Below are positions 7,997-16,909 of a DNA stretch of 35,532 nt, one piece after another. A model generated the notes under the pieces. It ran no database searches. It was not told the origin of the DNA and worked only from the letters and a program-made list of their open reading frames with translations. The stretch covers positions 1-35,532 of the forward strand of contig JAEOTZ010000022.1 of the NCBI GenBank assembly GCA_016839585.1, read 5' to 3'. This DNA is from Promethearchaeota archaeon (lineage in GTDB: Archaea; Asgardarchaeota; Lokiarchaeia; Sigyniarchaeales; SOKP01). A program made the translations under genes and the position numbers. Each line of letters opens with the position of its first letter. Within the stretch, counting starts at the first letter, position 1.

Positions 7997-8590
7997 ATGA
8001 CTCACTCTTTACATCGAAAAGGAAATATAGAAGATCTTAAGAGAGATTATGTTATTTTAGCTATGTTTGCAGCTGGGATAAATGATAAATATCCCGATTC
8101 ACGTAAAAAATTAATAAGGATTGGTGAAATTCTAAATCAACATAACCCTATAAATATAATGCCAGAAGTAGCCTGGAATATCTCTCCTATAATTACAGCA
8201 ACTTTTACTGACATAGAAACTGTGAAAAAAGTTATGAAAACTCTTAAAGAGGAAAATTTAGGAGTTTCTATAGTTATAAGTGGATTGCTTTCTGAAATTC
8301 AAAATATAGCAACCAAAGTAGATTTAAATCTGCATACAGTTCATCTCTCTTTAGGTATATTTGGGAAAAAAGATTTATTACCTTCTGAAAAAATCTTAGA
8401 AATTACAACGATGTGTGGGCATCATTGTATCTCCAGTTACAGCGTTGAATATTACATTAATTTGATTAGAGAAGAAAAAATTTCAGTGGAAGAAGCGGCA
8501 AGGAAATTAGCAAAACCTTGTGTTTGTGGAATTTTTAATCCCTCAAGAGCGGTTCAAATACTTAATACTCTAGTTAAAGGAATCTCTTAA
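7997..8590 (+). CDS. Conserved Cys-containing hypothetical protein, partner of the preceding Fe-S protein
   Basis: MTHSLHRKG...DYVILAM, VHLSLGIFGK, TTMCGHHC, PCVCGIFNPSRA; GGAGGT RBS at 7981-7986. Confidence 0.8.
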   Translation: MTHSLHRKGNIEDLKRDYVILAMFAAGINDKYPDSRKKLIRIGEILNQHNPINIMPEVAWNISPIITATFTDIETVKKVMKTLKEENLGVSIVISGLLSEIQNIATKVDLNLHTVHLSLGIFGKKDLLPSEKILEITTMCGHHCISSYSVEYYINLIREEKISVEEAARKLAKPCVCGIFNPSRAVQILNTLVKGIS

Positions 8591-8711
8591 TTTTTAACAT
8601 ACATGATACATAACTCAAGATATAAATAGTCAACTGATTTATTTTCAATTAGAAAAAAAGCAGTTCAGAAATTATATTCATCTAACAAAAATTTATCCAA
8701 AGGTAAAATTA

Positions 8712-9350
8712 ATGAAAATCGCAATTATCGGTACAGGAAGTTTGGGGAGTACTCTAGGGAAAATGTGGGCAGAAAAGGATCATATGATAATGTTTGGCTC
8801 TCGGGATCCTCAGAAAGCAAAAAAGTTAGCTAATTCAATTGGAAGTGGTGCAAGTGGGGGAACATATGAAGAAGCTGCTAGATTTGGTGATGTTATCGTT
8901 CTTGCCGTGCCATGGTCAGCAGCAAAAGAATCAGTCAAAACAGCAGGAGATTTAAACGGAAAGATTCTTGTAGATTCTACAACTACTGTTGCGCCCCATT
9001 TGGGAGGTACTTTAATAGAACGTACACCATCAGCAGCAGAAAAAGTTGCAAAGTGGGCAGTAGGGGCTAATGTAATAAAAGCAGTTCATACTGTTGGAGT
9101 AGAAAGTCTAAATAAATTACAATTTGGCTCCCAACAAGCAAGTATATTTATTTGTGGAGATCACTTAGGAGCAAAATCAAAAGTGAAGCAATTAGGAATT
9201 GAGCTTGGTTTTGATGTTATAGATGCGGGTCCATTAATAAATGCTAGACTCATAGAACCTCTTGCTATGCTTTGGATTGAATTAGCTTACAATCAAGGGA
9301 TGGGAACAGATATAGCATTTAAACTATTAACGCGAAGGAAAACAAAGTAA
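8712..9350 (+). CDS. npdG: NADPH-dependent F420 reductase family (F420H2:NADP+ oxidoreductase-like)
   Basis: MKIAIIGTGSLG Rossmann motif, GSRDP, VLAVPW, GKILVD, SAAE, ICGD, GF..IDAGPL..AR.IEPL. Confidence 0.8.
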   Translation: MKIAIIGTGSLGSTLGKMWAEKDHMIMFGSRDPQKAKKLANSIGSGASGGTYEEAARFGDVIVLAVPWSAAKESVKTAGDLNGKILVDSTTTVAPHLGGTLIERTPSAAEKVAKWAVGANVIKAVHTVGVESLNKLQFGSQQASIFICGDHLGAKSKVKQLGIELGFDVIDAGPLINARLIEPLAMLWIELAYNQGMGTDIAFKLLTRRKTK

Positions 9351-9483
9351 CTAATCCTACTTTTATTTATTTTTTTTTATTTTAAACACTCAATTTTTTT
9401 TATAAAAAGAATAAAAATTTATCTAAAGATAAATACTCATAAATAAATTCTATTTTAATCACCATTTTTTAGGAAAAAGGTTT

Positions 9484-10422
9484 ATGAGAAATACAAAATA
9501 TAATAGAATCCTTCCAATTGCTCATACTTATTCCATTGTGGCAAGAGATCCTGAAACAGGAGAAATGGGTGTAGGAGTACAAAGTCATTATTTTAATGTA
9601 TCTGTTGTAGCATGGGGAGAATCAGGAGTAGGAGTTGTCGCTACACAATCTTTTTTAAATAAATCTTTTGGACTAAGAGGGCTTGAATTATTAAAGCAGA
9701 GAAGATCTCCTGAAGAAGCATTAAGCATTTTACTTTCTGATGATGAAGGAAAGGAAGTAAGGCAGGTAGCTATTTTAGATGTTCAAGGAATTGTCGCAAC
9801 TCACACAGGTTCAAAGTGTATTAAACATGCAGGTCATATAATAGGAGATAATTTTTCAGTTCAAGCTAACTTAATGTTATCAGATAAAGTTTGGCCTTCA
9901 ATGGCAGAAACTTATGAAAATAACAAGGTTCTCCCTCTACCTGAGCGTATAATCAAGACTTTAGAAGCAGCAGAATCAGTTGGCGGTGACATAAGGGGAA
10001 TGCAATCTGCTGCTCTATTAGTAGTCAGAGGCGAGCCTATAGATGATAAATGGGAAGATCCCCTCATCGATCTTAGAGTAGAAGATCATAAAAAACCATT
10101 AAAGGAGCTTAGTAGATTGTTAAAATTATATAGAGCTTATGAGCATATGGATTACGGAGATCAAGCATTTGAAAAAGGTGATATTAATAAAGCTCTTAAA
10201 GAATATAATACTGCCATGGAAATGTTCCCAGATAATCTTGAAATGAAATATTGGACAGCGGTATCTTTAGCTAATAGTCAAAAACTCGATGATGCTTTAC
10301 AAATACTTAAAGATGTATTTAAAAAAGATAATAATTGGCGATTACTTACAGAAAGATTACCTGAAGTAGAGCTATTAAAGCTAAAAAAAGAAGAATTGAA
10401 TAAGATTTTGTCGTTAAAATAA
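9484..10422 (+). CDS. DUF1028 Ntn-hydrolase family protein with C-terminal TPR-like helices
   Basis: HTYSIVARDPETGEMGVGVQS, GVGVVATQ, RQVA, QAN, GGDIRG.QSAALLVV and DLRVEDH..PL.EL.RL, then GD...AL..Y..A....P TPR pattern. Confidence 0.88.
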   Translation: MRNTKYNRILPIAHTYSIVARDPETGEMGVGVQSHYFNVSVVAWGESGVGVVATQSFLNKSFGLRGLELLKQRRSPEEALSILLSDDEGKEVRQVAILDVQGIVATHTGSKCIKHAGHIIGDNFSVQANLMLSDKVWPSMAETYENNKVLPLPERIIKTLEAAESVGGDIRGMQSAALLVVRGEPIDDKWEDPLIDLRVEDHKKPLKELSRLLKLYRAYEHMDYGDQAFEKGDINKALKEYNTAMEMFPDNLEMKYWTAVSLANSQKLDDALQILKDVFKKDNNWRLLTERLPEVELLKLKKEELNKILSLK

Positions 10423-10506
10423 ATAATTAGTACATCATTATTTTAATGAATAACTACTAAACTCAAGAAAGAAATTAATTTAAATTGGCTTTCTAGTACT
10501 TAAAAA

Positions 10507-11556
10507 ATGAAAATCGCAAGATATTATAGTAATGATGATGTTCGAGTAGATGAAGTGTTAAAACCTATTATTGGATCAGGAGAATTCTTAGTTAAGGTGA
10601 AAAAATCTGGAATTTGTGGTTCTGATATTCTCGAATATTATCGATTTGCTAAAATGAAAAAATTGGGTGTAATTTCTTTAGTATTGGGTCATGAAATTGC
10701 AGGAGATATTGTTGAGATAAGCAATACTATAAAACACCTTAAAGTGGGAGATCGTGTTTTTGTGTCTCATCATGTCCCATGCTTTGAATGTCATTATTGT
10801 AAACAAGGACATCATACTGCCTGTGATTTACTACATAACACAAATTTTGATCCTGGGGGCTTTGCAGAATATGTTCGAGTCCCAAAAGTTAACATAGAAA
10901 AAAAAGGAGTGTACATTTTAGATAAAAACGTATCATATGAAGATGCTGTATTCATTGAGCCTCTTGGATGTGTATGTCGTGCTCAAAGATTAGCTAATGT
11001 TAAAAAAGGTTTAACTGTTCTGATATTGGGAAGTGGTGTATCTGGTATATTACATATTCAATTGGCAAAATTAAGAGGTGTAAAAAAAATAATTGCAACC
11101 GATATTAATGAATTCAGATTAAAGATGGCGAAAAAATTTGGAGCAGATTTTGTATTTCATGCAAAAGAAGATATCGCAACTGAATTAAAAAGAGTTAATG
11201 AAGATAGGTTAGCAGATATAGTAATTGTATGTGCTGGTGCTTTATCGGCGGCAAAACAAGCTTTAGAATGTGCAGCTCCAGGAAGTAAAATCATTTTCTT
11301 TGCAGTTCCAAAACCAGGAATAAACCTTGAAGTTCCAATAAATGAATACTGGAGAAATGAAATAACAATTATGACCTCGTATGGTGCTGCACCTGAAGAC
11401 CTTGATGAAGCATATAATTGGATACTTTCAAAAAGAATTAATGTCGTTGATATTATCACACATCGATTCCCACTAAGTAAAGTCGGAGAGGCATTTAAAG
11501 TAGTATGTGAAGCTGGCGAATCTTTAAAGGTGATTTTAGAACCAGAAAAAGATTAA
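10507..11556 (+). CDS. Zn-dependent medium-chain dehydrogenase (L-iditol/threonine dehydrogenase-like)
   Basis: GICGSD, GHE, structural Zn site CFECHYC..G...C, EPLGC, GSGVSG nucleotide-binding motif. Confidence 0.92.
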   Translation: MKIARYYSNDDVRVDEVLKPIIGSGEFLVKVKKSGICGSDILEYYRFAKMKKLGVISLVLGHEIAGDIVEISNTIKHLKVGDRVFVSHHVPCFECHYCKQGHHTACDLLHNTNFDPGGFAEYVRVPKVNIEKKGVYILDKNVSYEDAVFIEPLGCVCRAQRLANVKKGLTVLILGSGVSGILHIQLAKLRGVKKIIATDINEFRLKMAKKFGADFVFHAKEDIATELKRVNEDRLADIVIVCAGALSAAKQALECAAPGSKIIFFAVPKPGINLEVPINEYWRNEITIMTSYGAAPEDLDEAYNWILSKRINVVDIITHRFPLSKVGEAFKVVCEAGESLKVILEPEKD

Positions 11557-11565
11557 ATAAAATAC

Positions 11566-12534
11566 TTATTTATTTGTAATCTCACTTCTTTCAAGATGTT
11601 TTCTTATTATCCAAGATTCCCATAAGGTATAAATCTTTAATAAAAAACCTTCCATTTTCTTTTTTGGAAAGAAAATATCTAATTCTAATAGCTGTTTGAG
11701 TTTCTCTTCAAAATTCAATTGAAAATTCAAAGATTTTAGCGTTTCATCAACTCTTTTCTGATTATCATTAATCTTTTTTCTCATATATTTAAATGGACTT
11801 CTATCTGGATTCTTAGCAATATAAGAATGGCTAGAAGTTAAAAATTCTACCTTATTAATATATAGTTCTTCCGCATAATTAATATCACTCAGGTATTGTT
11901 CAATAGAGCATTCCTTAAAACCATACCAAGGTCCAAAACCATCTGCATCTGGTTTCGGTTGATCAAATCCTAGGCAACTAATATGTAAAATTTTTTCATA
12001 GGGTAAAAATAAACCTACATGAGCTTTTGAATGACCTGGAAATGAAATTGTCTCAATAATAGAATTTTCAAATTTTAATGAATCACCTGGTTCAAAAGGA
12101 TTTACATTATTACACTTATGAAAGCCATTTAATTCACCAAATTTTTCAATGTCTGAATAATCCATTCCTTCATTAAATCCAAAACCTTCAAAAAAATTAT
12201 GAAGATCTAATAAATATGATGCTTCAGGATTTGGAGCATGCAGAATTGCTCCAAGTTGTTCCCATGCATAAACATGAGAGGTATGATCTATGTGCCCATG
12301 AGTACAAACATAATTTGAAACAGGACCATAAATATTATTTAGTTCGTTTATATATTTAGGTTCAATATTAGCATCGAGAACTATAGTTTTAGAATTTCTA
12401 CCACCCTTTGGTAAAATGATCAAACCATCACAAGTGGAAAAATTGCCTTTTGCTTTTATCTGATGAACTAGTAAAATATCATTGGTTACATTTTTAATTT
12501 CCAGATTATCAATTAACGGGGCACTCATATCCAT
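11566..12534 (-). CDS. Metallo-beta-lactamase-fold hydrolase
   Basis: THGHIDH (HxHxDH), PGHS, SSH motifs. Confidence 0.88.
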   Translation of the reverse strand: MDMSAPLIDNLEIKNVTNDILLVHQIKAKGNFSTCDGLIILPKGGRNSKTIVLDANIEPKYINELNNIYGPVSNYVCTHGHIDHTSHVYAWEQLGAILHAPNPEASYLLDLHNFFEGFGFNEGMDYSDIEKFGELNGFHKCNNVNPFEPGDSLKFENSIIETISFPGHSKAHVGLFLPYEKILHISCLGFDQPKPDADGFGPWYGFKECSIEQYLSDINYAEELYINKVEFLTSSHSYIAKNPDRSPFKYMRKKINDNQKRVDETLKSLNFQLNFEEKLKQLLELDIFFPKKKMEGFLLKIYTLWESWIIRKHLERSEITNK

Positions 12535-12580
12535 AAAGCTTCTTTTCTAATCTTATAAGAATAAAAAAAGAAAATGAAAA

Positions 12581-13375
12581 TTATAATCCAACCGGGCCAT
12601 TTTTGTAGATTTCAAATGCCTCCTCAACAGATGCCTTCTTATGAACAATGGCACGAACAGCTTGGATCATTCCAATAGGTTTATCAGATTGAAAGATATT
12701 CCTTCCCATGTCTACTCCAACGGCTCCAGCGTCAATTGCATTTTTAGCCATTTGCAGAGCGTCTCTTTCTGGTGTTTTTTTACCTCCTGCAATTACTATT
12801 GGCGCAGGGCAAATACTTGTTACTTCTTCAAAATCTTCACAGTAATAAGTTTTTACAAAAGTAGCACCCATTTCTGCAGCCATTCTACTTGCCATTCCAA
12901 GATATCGAGCATCTCTAACCATCTCTCGTCCAACTGCAGTTACTGCTAAAGTTGGGATACCGTATGTATTTCCTTCATTTACAAGCTTAGATAAATTCAT
13001 TAATGTTTGTTTTTCATATTCCCCACCAATAAAAATAGAACATGTAACGGCAGAAACATTTAATCTAATTGCATCTTCAATAGAAACATTGATTTCCTCA
13101 TTAGAAAGTTCTTTTAACATACTAGATCCTGCGGAAACTCTTAAAACTATTGGGATATCCAATTCAGTAGGAACACAATTTCGAAGCATTCCTCTAGTCA
13201 ACATCAAAGCATCAGCATATTCAAATAAAGGAGTCATATCTTCAAAACATTTTAATTGACCTGGGATATTTCCAAAATACCCGTGATCTATTGCCAGCAT
13301 TACACAACGTCCACTCTTGGGCTTAATTATTTTATGTATTCTATTTTGAAATCCCCAGTCTCCTACTACTACCAT
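12581..13375 (-). CDS. lsrF: LsrF-type 3-hydroxy-5-phosphonooxypentane-2,4-dione thiolase (class I aldolase/DhnA fold)
   Basis: DWG.QNRI..SGR.VMLAIDHGYF, LMLTRG, LSNE, TAVG.EMVRDARYL, GA..VKTYY (Schiff-base Lys), IAGGKK, GVDMGRNIFQS. Confidence 0.88.
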   Translation of the reverse strand: MVVVGDWGFQNRIHKIIKPKSGRCVMLAIDHGYFGNIPGQLKCFEDMTPLFEYADALMLTRGMLRNCVPTELDIPIVLRVSAGSSMLKELSNEEINVSIEDAIRLNVSAVTCSIFIGGEYEKQTLMNLSKLVNEGNTYGIPTLAVTAVGREMVRDARYLGMASRMAAEMGATFVKTYYCEDFEEVTSICPAPIVIAGGKKTPERDALQMAKNAIDAGAVGVDMGRNIFQSDKPIGMIQAVRAIVHKKASVEEAFEIYKNGPVGL

Positions 13376-13489
13376 TTATAATTCACTTTTTATACTATTG
13401 GTTATATTTATAGTTAATTTTATTTAATTCATGATCTTTATTTTACTTTTTCGATACAAAAATAAATCTTAGAAAGAGAATTTTAAGAA

Positions 13490-14356
13490 TTAAAGAGAAG
13501 ACAAAAATTCTTCAACTCTGCTCTTCATTTTTGATACCAATTTTTGTGAAAAATGGTGCTTAATAAATTCTTTAATTAAAGTTAAACGATTTTGATTCAT
13601 TCTTGGCATTAAAGCTTCTCTAGAAACTTGTTCAATGAGATCCTCATCATAAATCTCATTAACTTCTTCAAGAATATCTTTAGCCTGTTCAGCTTCTTTT
13701 ATAAATATAGCAATTCTATGTTGTAAAAGACGTAATTGCTCTTCTTCATTTATGATTTCTAACGCTCTTTTTACGATTTCTTCTTCAAATTTTAGTTTTT
13801 CTTTCCATGGTGTCTGTAAGATATTTTGTGTGAGAGAATCTATTAAAAGAGCATTTTTTTCTTTTAGTTTTATTTTACTATAATCACTTTTTTCTAGCAA
13901 ACGAATACTATTGTGTCCTCTGTATTTTTCAGGTACTATTCTATTGCCAATCAAATTCAATAATTCTTCAGTGGGTCCAAAATCCGCATCTTTTATGATA
14001 TAAGATGGGTAATTAAAAATTTTAGCGTGCATCAAACTAAGAACTCCATAAGTTCCAAAAAGCTGGATTAATTTTCGAAGGGTTAATATTCCTGTTATTT
14101 CCTTTTCAGTTTCAACTGGAATCACTGCCATTGCGATATCTATTTTCTCATAACCCCTCACCACACCTTTAGTATCTAAAAATACTATAAATTGATGGTT
14201 TGGACATACAGCATTAACGGGTACTTGTATTTTAATTGTACCAAATTTTTTCTGTGAGAATAATGATTCTGGGATGTTAATACTCTTAGTTTCTCCACAA
14301 GTTGGACAAGTTACTTCAATTTCCTTGAAAGCTTCCAGCATATTAATAATACACAA
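13490..14356 (-). CDS. Hypothetical protein with N-terminal CPxC...C.H zinc-ribbon-like domain
   Basis: VTCPTCG ... VCPNHQFIVFLD..G.VRGYEKID, followed by a helical C-terminus. True start may be the second Met. Confidence 0.75.
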   Translation of the reverse strand: MCIINMLEAFKEIEVTCPTCGETKSINIPESLFSQKKFGTIKIQVPVNAVCPNHQFIVFLDTKGVVRGYEKIDIAMAVIPVETEKEITGILTLRKLIQLFGTYGVLSLMHAKIFNYPSYIIKDADFGPTEELLNLIGNRIVPEKYRGHNSIRLLEKSDYSKIKLKEKNALLIDSLTQNILQTPWKEKLKFEEEIVKRALEIINEEEQLRLLQHRIAIFIKEAEQAKDILEEVNEIYDEDLIEQVSREALMPRMNQNRLTLIKEFIKHHFSQKLVSKMKSRVEEFLSSL

Positions 14357-14440
14357 TTTTTTCTACTAATTATATTACATTACCTCTTATTTTAAATTGT
14401 TTTTCCTCTTTTTATAATTAAATTCCTTAAGTGCCGAATC

Positions 14441-14641
14441 TTGAGAGTAACAGGAATAGATAACGAGAAATGTATTAAATGTGTAGAATGCGTCGAGATA
14501 TGCCCACTCGACTTATTTTATAAGCCCCCTACCAAGGTGGGGGATCATAGACAAGTAATTTTTGACGATCCACATGGAAATTGCAATGAATGTGAACTCT
14601 GTATAGAAATTTGTCCAACAAACGCCATATTAGTAAAATGA
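14441..14641 (+). CDS. 2x[4Fe-4S] ferredoxin
   Basis: CIKCVECVEICP and CNECELCIEICPTNAI; TTG start. Confidence 0.92.
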   Translation: MRVTGIDNEKCIKCVECVEICPLDLFYKPPTKVGDHRQVIFDDPHGNCNECELCIEICPTNAILVK

Positions 14642-14655
14642 TAAACAAAATGACA

Positions 14656-15381
14656 TTATTTTCCTTTTTCTGAATTTAAAAGGTTATCAAATCTCCTTTT
14701 CCAGTCTTTAAAATCTAACACATAATTATAACCACATACTATATTTATTTCATGGTTTCTAAGAAAATTTTTTAGTTTAGTAGCACCTGCTTTAGTAGCT
14801 TTTGAAGGTCCGTAAGGATTATATATTATTTCTTTATTCTTAAGAAAAAAATAATCACAAATAAAAAGAACATCTTCGAATATATAAAAAGTGAACCCTG
14901 GGGTGTGTCCATCTATGTGAAATGCTTTAATTCCAGATAACTCAAAGTTTTGTTCAAATTTTTTGTCAATGGGGTGTTTACTGACAAGTGCGTGCTCTGA
15001 ATCTTTCTTATGAATCCAAATAAATGTTGTAAAATAATCTCTAAAAAGATTTGAGGCACCAAGAAAATGGTGATGTGTAAATAATATTTTATCCATCGAA
15101 TCAAGGTCCTTGCTAAATGTTGAAGGGCAATCAATCCAAATAAACTTTCCATTTATTTCAATACTGTAAGCAGCATGTTCGAGCCCTAAAGGTGGTGAGG
15201 AGTTTAACCGCATCACTTTGTTATTGACTTTAGTGGAAATAATTTTATATCTTTGAGAACATACTTCTCTCGTTATAAAATGATCATTTGAAGCTCCACA
15301 GAATGGACAGAATTCTGGATAGTATCCTATTATGTTGAAACCACATAACTTACATACATATTGTTCTGCCAAGCCAACCAT
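14656..15381 (-). CDS. Rubredoxin-like domain fused to degenerate MBL-fold domain
   Basis: N-terminal YVCKLCG..CPFCGA; MBL-like THHHF, IH..D, GHTPG, CD. Confidence 0.8.
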   Translation of the reverse strand: MVGLAEQYVCKLCGFNIIGYYPEFCPFCGASNDHFITREVCSQRYKIISTKVNNKVMRLNSSPPLGLEHAAYSIEINGKFIWIDCPSTFSKDLDSMDKILFTHHHFLGASNLFRDYFTTFIWIHKKDSEHALVSKHPIDKKFEQNFELSGIKAFHIDGHTPGFTFYIFEDVLFICDYFFLKNKEIIYNPYGPSKATKAGATKLKNFLRNHEINIVCGYNYVLDFKDWKRRFDNLLNSEKGK

Positions 15382-15548
15382 AGCTTTGCACTTAATTACA
15401 TCAATAGTCTGAATCCATATAAGGATTGGTAAATTCTCATTCTTTTTTTAGTGAATAATTTTAATTTAGATTAATCCTTAAGTTTTTCATACAATATCTT
15501 ATTTGTTATTAAATATACTTCTAGAAAAAAAGGATTTAGGGCAGCTCT

Positions 15549-16835
15549 ATGAATATTGATATTATAGAAGAAGATTCAAAATATATGTATGGCTTTGTTC
15601 AGGGGATTATCGAGGAAGTTGGACCGAGAATGCCATGCAGTCCGCAAGAAGCTAAAGCTGCAGAAATAATTAAAAGAGAATTTGAAAAATCTTGCGATAA
15701 GACCGTTATAGAGCCATTTTCATGTCATCCCAAAGCTTTTTTAGGTTGGATTAAACTTGATATGGTTTTAGTGGTTATGTCATTTTTTATTTACTTTTTG
15801 ATTCAATTGTTTACAGAATATATCTGGTTGTTGATATTAACATTATGTTCATTTTTATTAATATTATTACCATTTTTAATTATGTGGGAAGAATTCTTTA
15901 ATTATAAAGAGTTTATTGATCCCATTTTTCGTAAAAAAACTTCTCAAAATGTAATAGGAAGTTTTAAACCAAAAGGAGAACGTAAAAAAATTATCATTTT
16001 TTCAAGTCACATGGATTCTGCGATTGAATTTAAATTATTGAAACTTCTAGGATGGGGTTTTATCCCACTTGCTTTTGGAGCAATACTAATAATGATGATG
16101 TGGCTAGTCCTTTCCTGCTTGAATTTAATATTTATTATGGTTGGATTAATCCAACTTAAATCTCTCTTCTTTTACGTAGCTTTTTGGACACTAATAATAG
16201 GAAGTCCATGTTTTATTGGGCTTTTTTTCTTTGTACCTTTAGGGGATAAGGGAAATGTTGTTCCAGGAGCTGTAGATAACCTAAGTAGTTGTTCGGTTGT
16301 CCAAGGACTGGGGAGATATTTAAAAAATTATAGAGAAATAATACCCGATAATACAGAAATAAGATTAATAAGTTTTGGATGTGAAGAAAGTGGGTTAAGG
16401 GGCGCTTATAGATATGCAGCAACCCATTTGGAAGAATTACAGAAGTATGACGCCTATCTAGTGAATATGGATGGTCTTGAAACCCCAGATGGTTTTCATG
16501 TAATAGAATTCGAACCAACAACAAGAACTTGGCACTCAGAAGAGGTTATTCAGAAACTTTTAAAAGCAGCTGAAAATATGGGTGTGGGAGCTAAAAGATT
16601 TGGCGCAGGAAAATTAGAAAAAACTCTAGGACGATTAAGTGGGGGTTCTGATGCTGCTGCATTTTCAAAAGCAGGCATTAAAGCAGGATTTTTAAATTCA
16701 GCAGATTGGAAAACGCGATCAAGCTATTACCATCAATCAACTGATACTTTAGATAAAATTAGAAAAGGTACATTAGAAATAGCTTTAAAAATTTGTATAG
16801 CTTTTTTAAAAAATGAATTAAAACCTAAGGATTAA
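15549..16835 (+). CDS. M28/M20-family metallopeptidase with inserted TM hairpins (paralog 1)
   Basis: Zn-ligand motifs SSHMDS, GAVDN, GCEESG, NMD, SDA, YYHQ.TDT; two hydrophobic hairpins within the catalytic domain. Confidence 0.88.
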   Translation: MNIDIIEEDSKYMYGFVQGIIEEVGPRMPCSPQEAKAAEIIKREFEKSCDKTVIEPFSCHPKAFLGWIKLDMVLVVMSFFIYFLIQLFTEYIWLLILTLCSFLLILLPFLIMWEEFFNYKEFIDPIFRKKTSQNVIGSFKPKGERKKIIIFSSHMDSAIEFKLLKLLGWGFIPLAFGAILIMMMWLVLSCLNLIFIMVGLIQLKSLFFYVAFWTLIIGSPCFIGLFFFVPLGDKGNVVPGAVDNLSSCSVVQGLGRYLKNYREIIPDNTEIRLISFGCEESGLRGAYRYAATHLEELQKYDAYLVNMDGLETPDGFHVIEFEPTTRTWHSEEVIQKLLKAAENMGVGAKRFGAGKLEKTLGRLSGGSDAAAFSKAGIKAGFLNSADWKTRSSYYHQSTDTLDKIRKGTLEIALKICIAFLKNELKPKD

Positions 16836-16909
16836 CTTTTTAAAATTTTAAAATTTTTGAGACTTAATCTTTAATAATATTAATCGGTGGATTAAAAAAG
16901 GGGATATCT

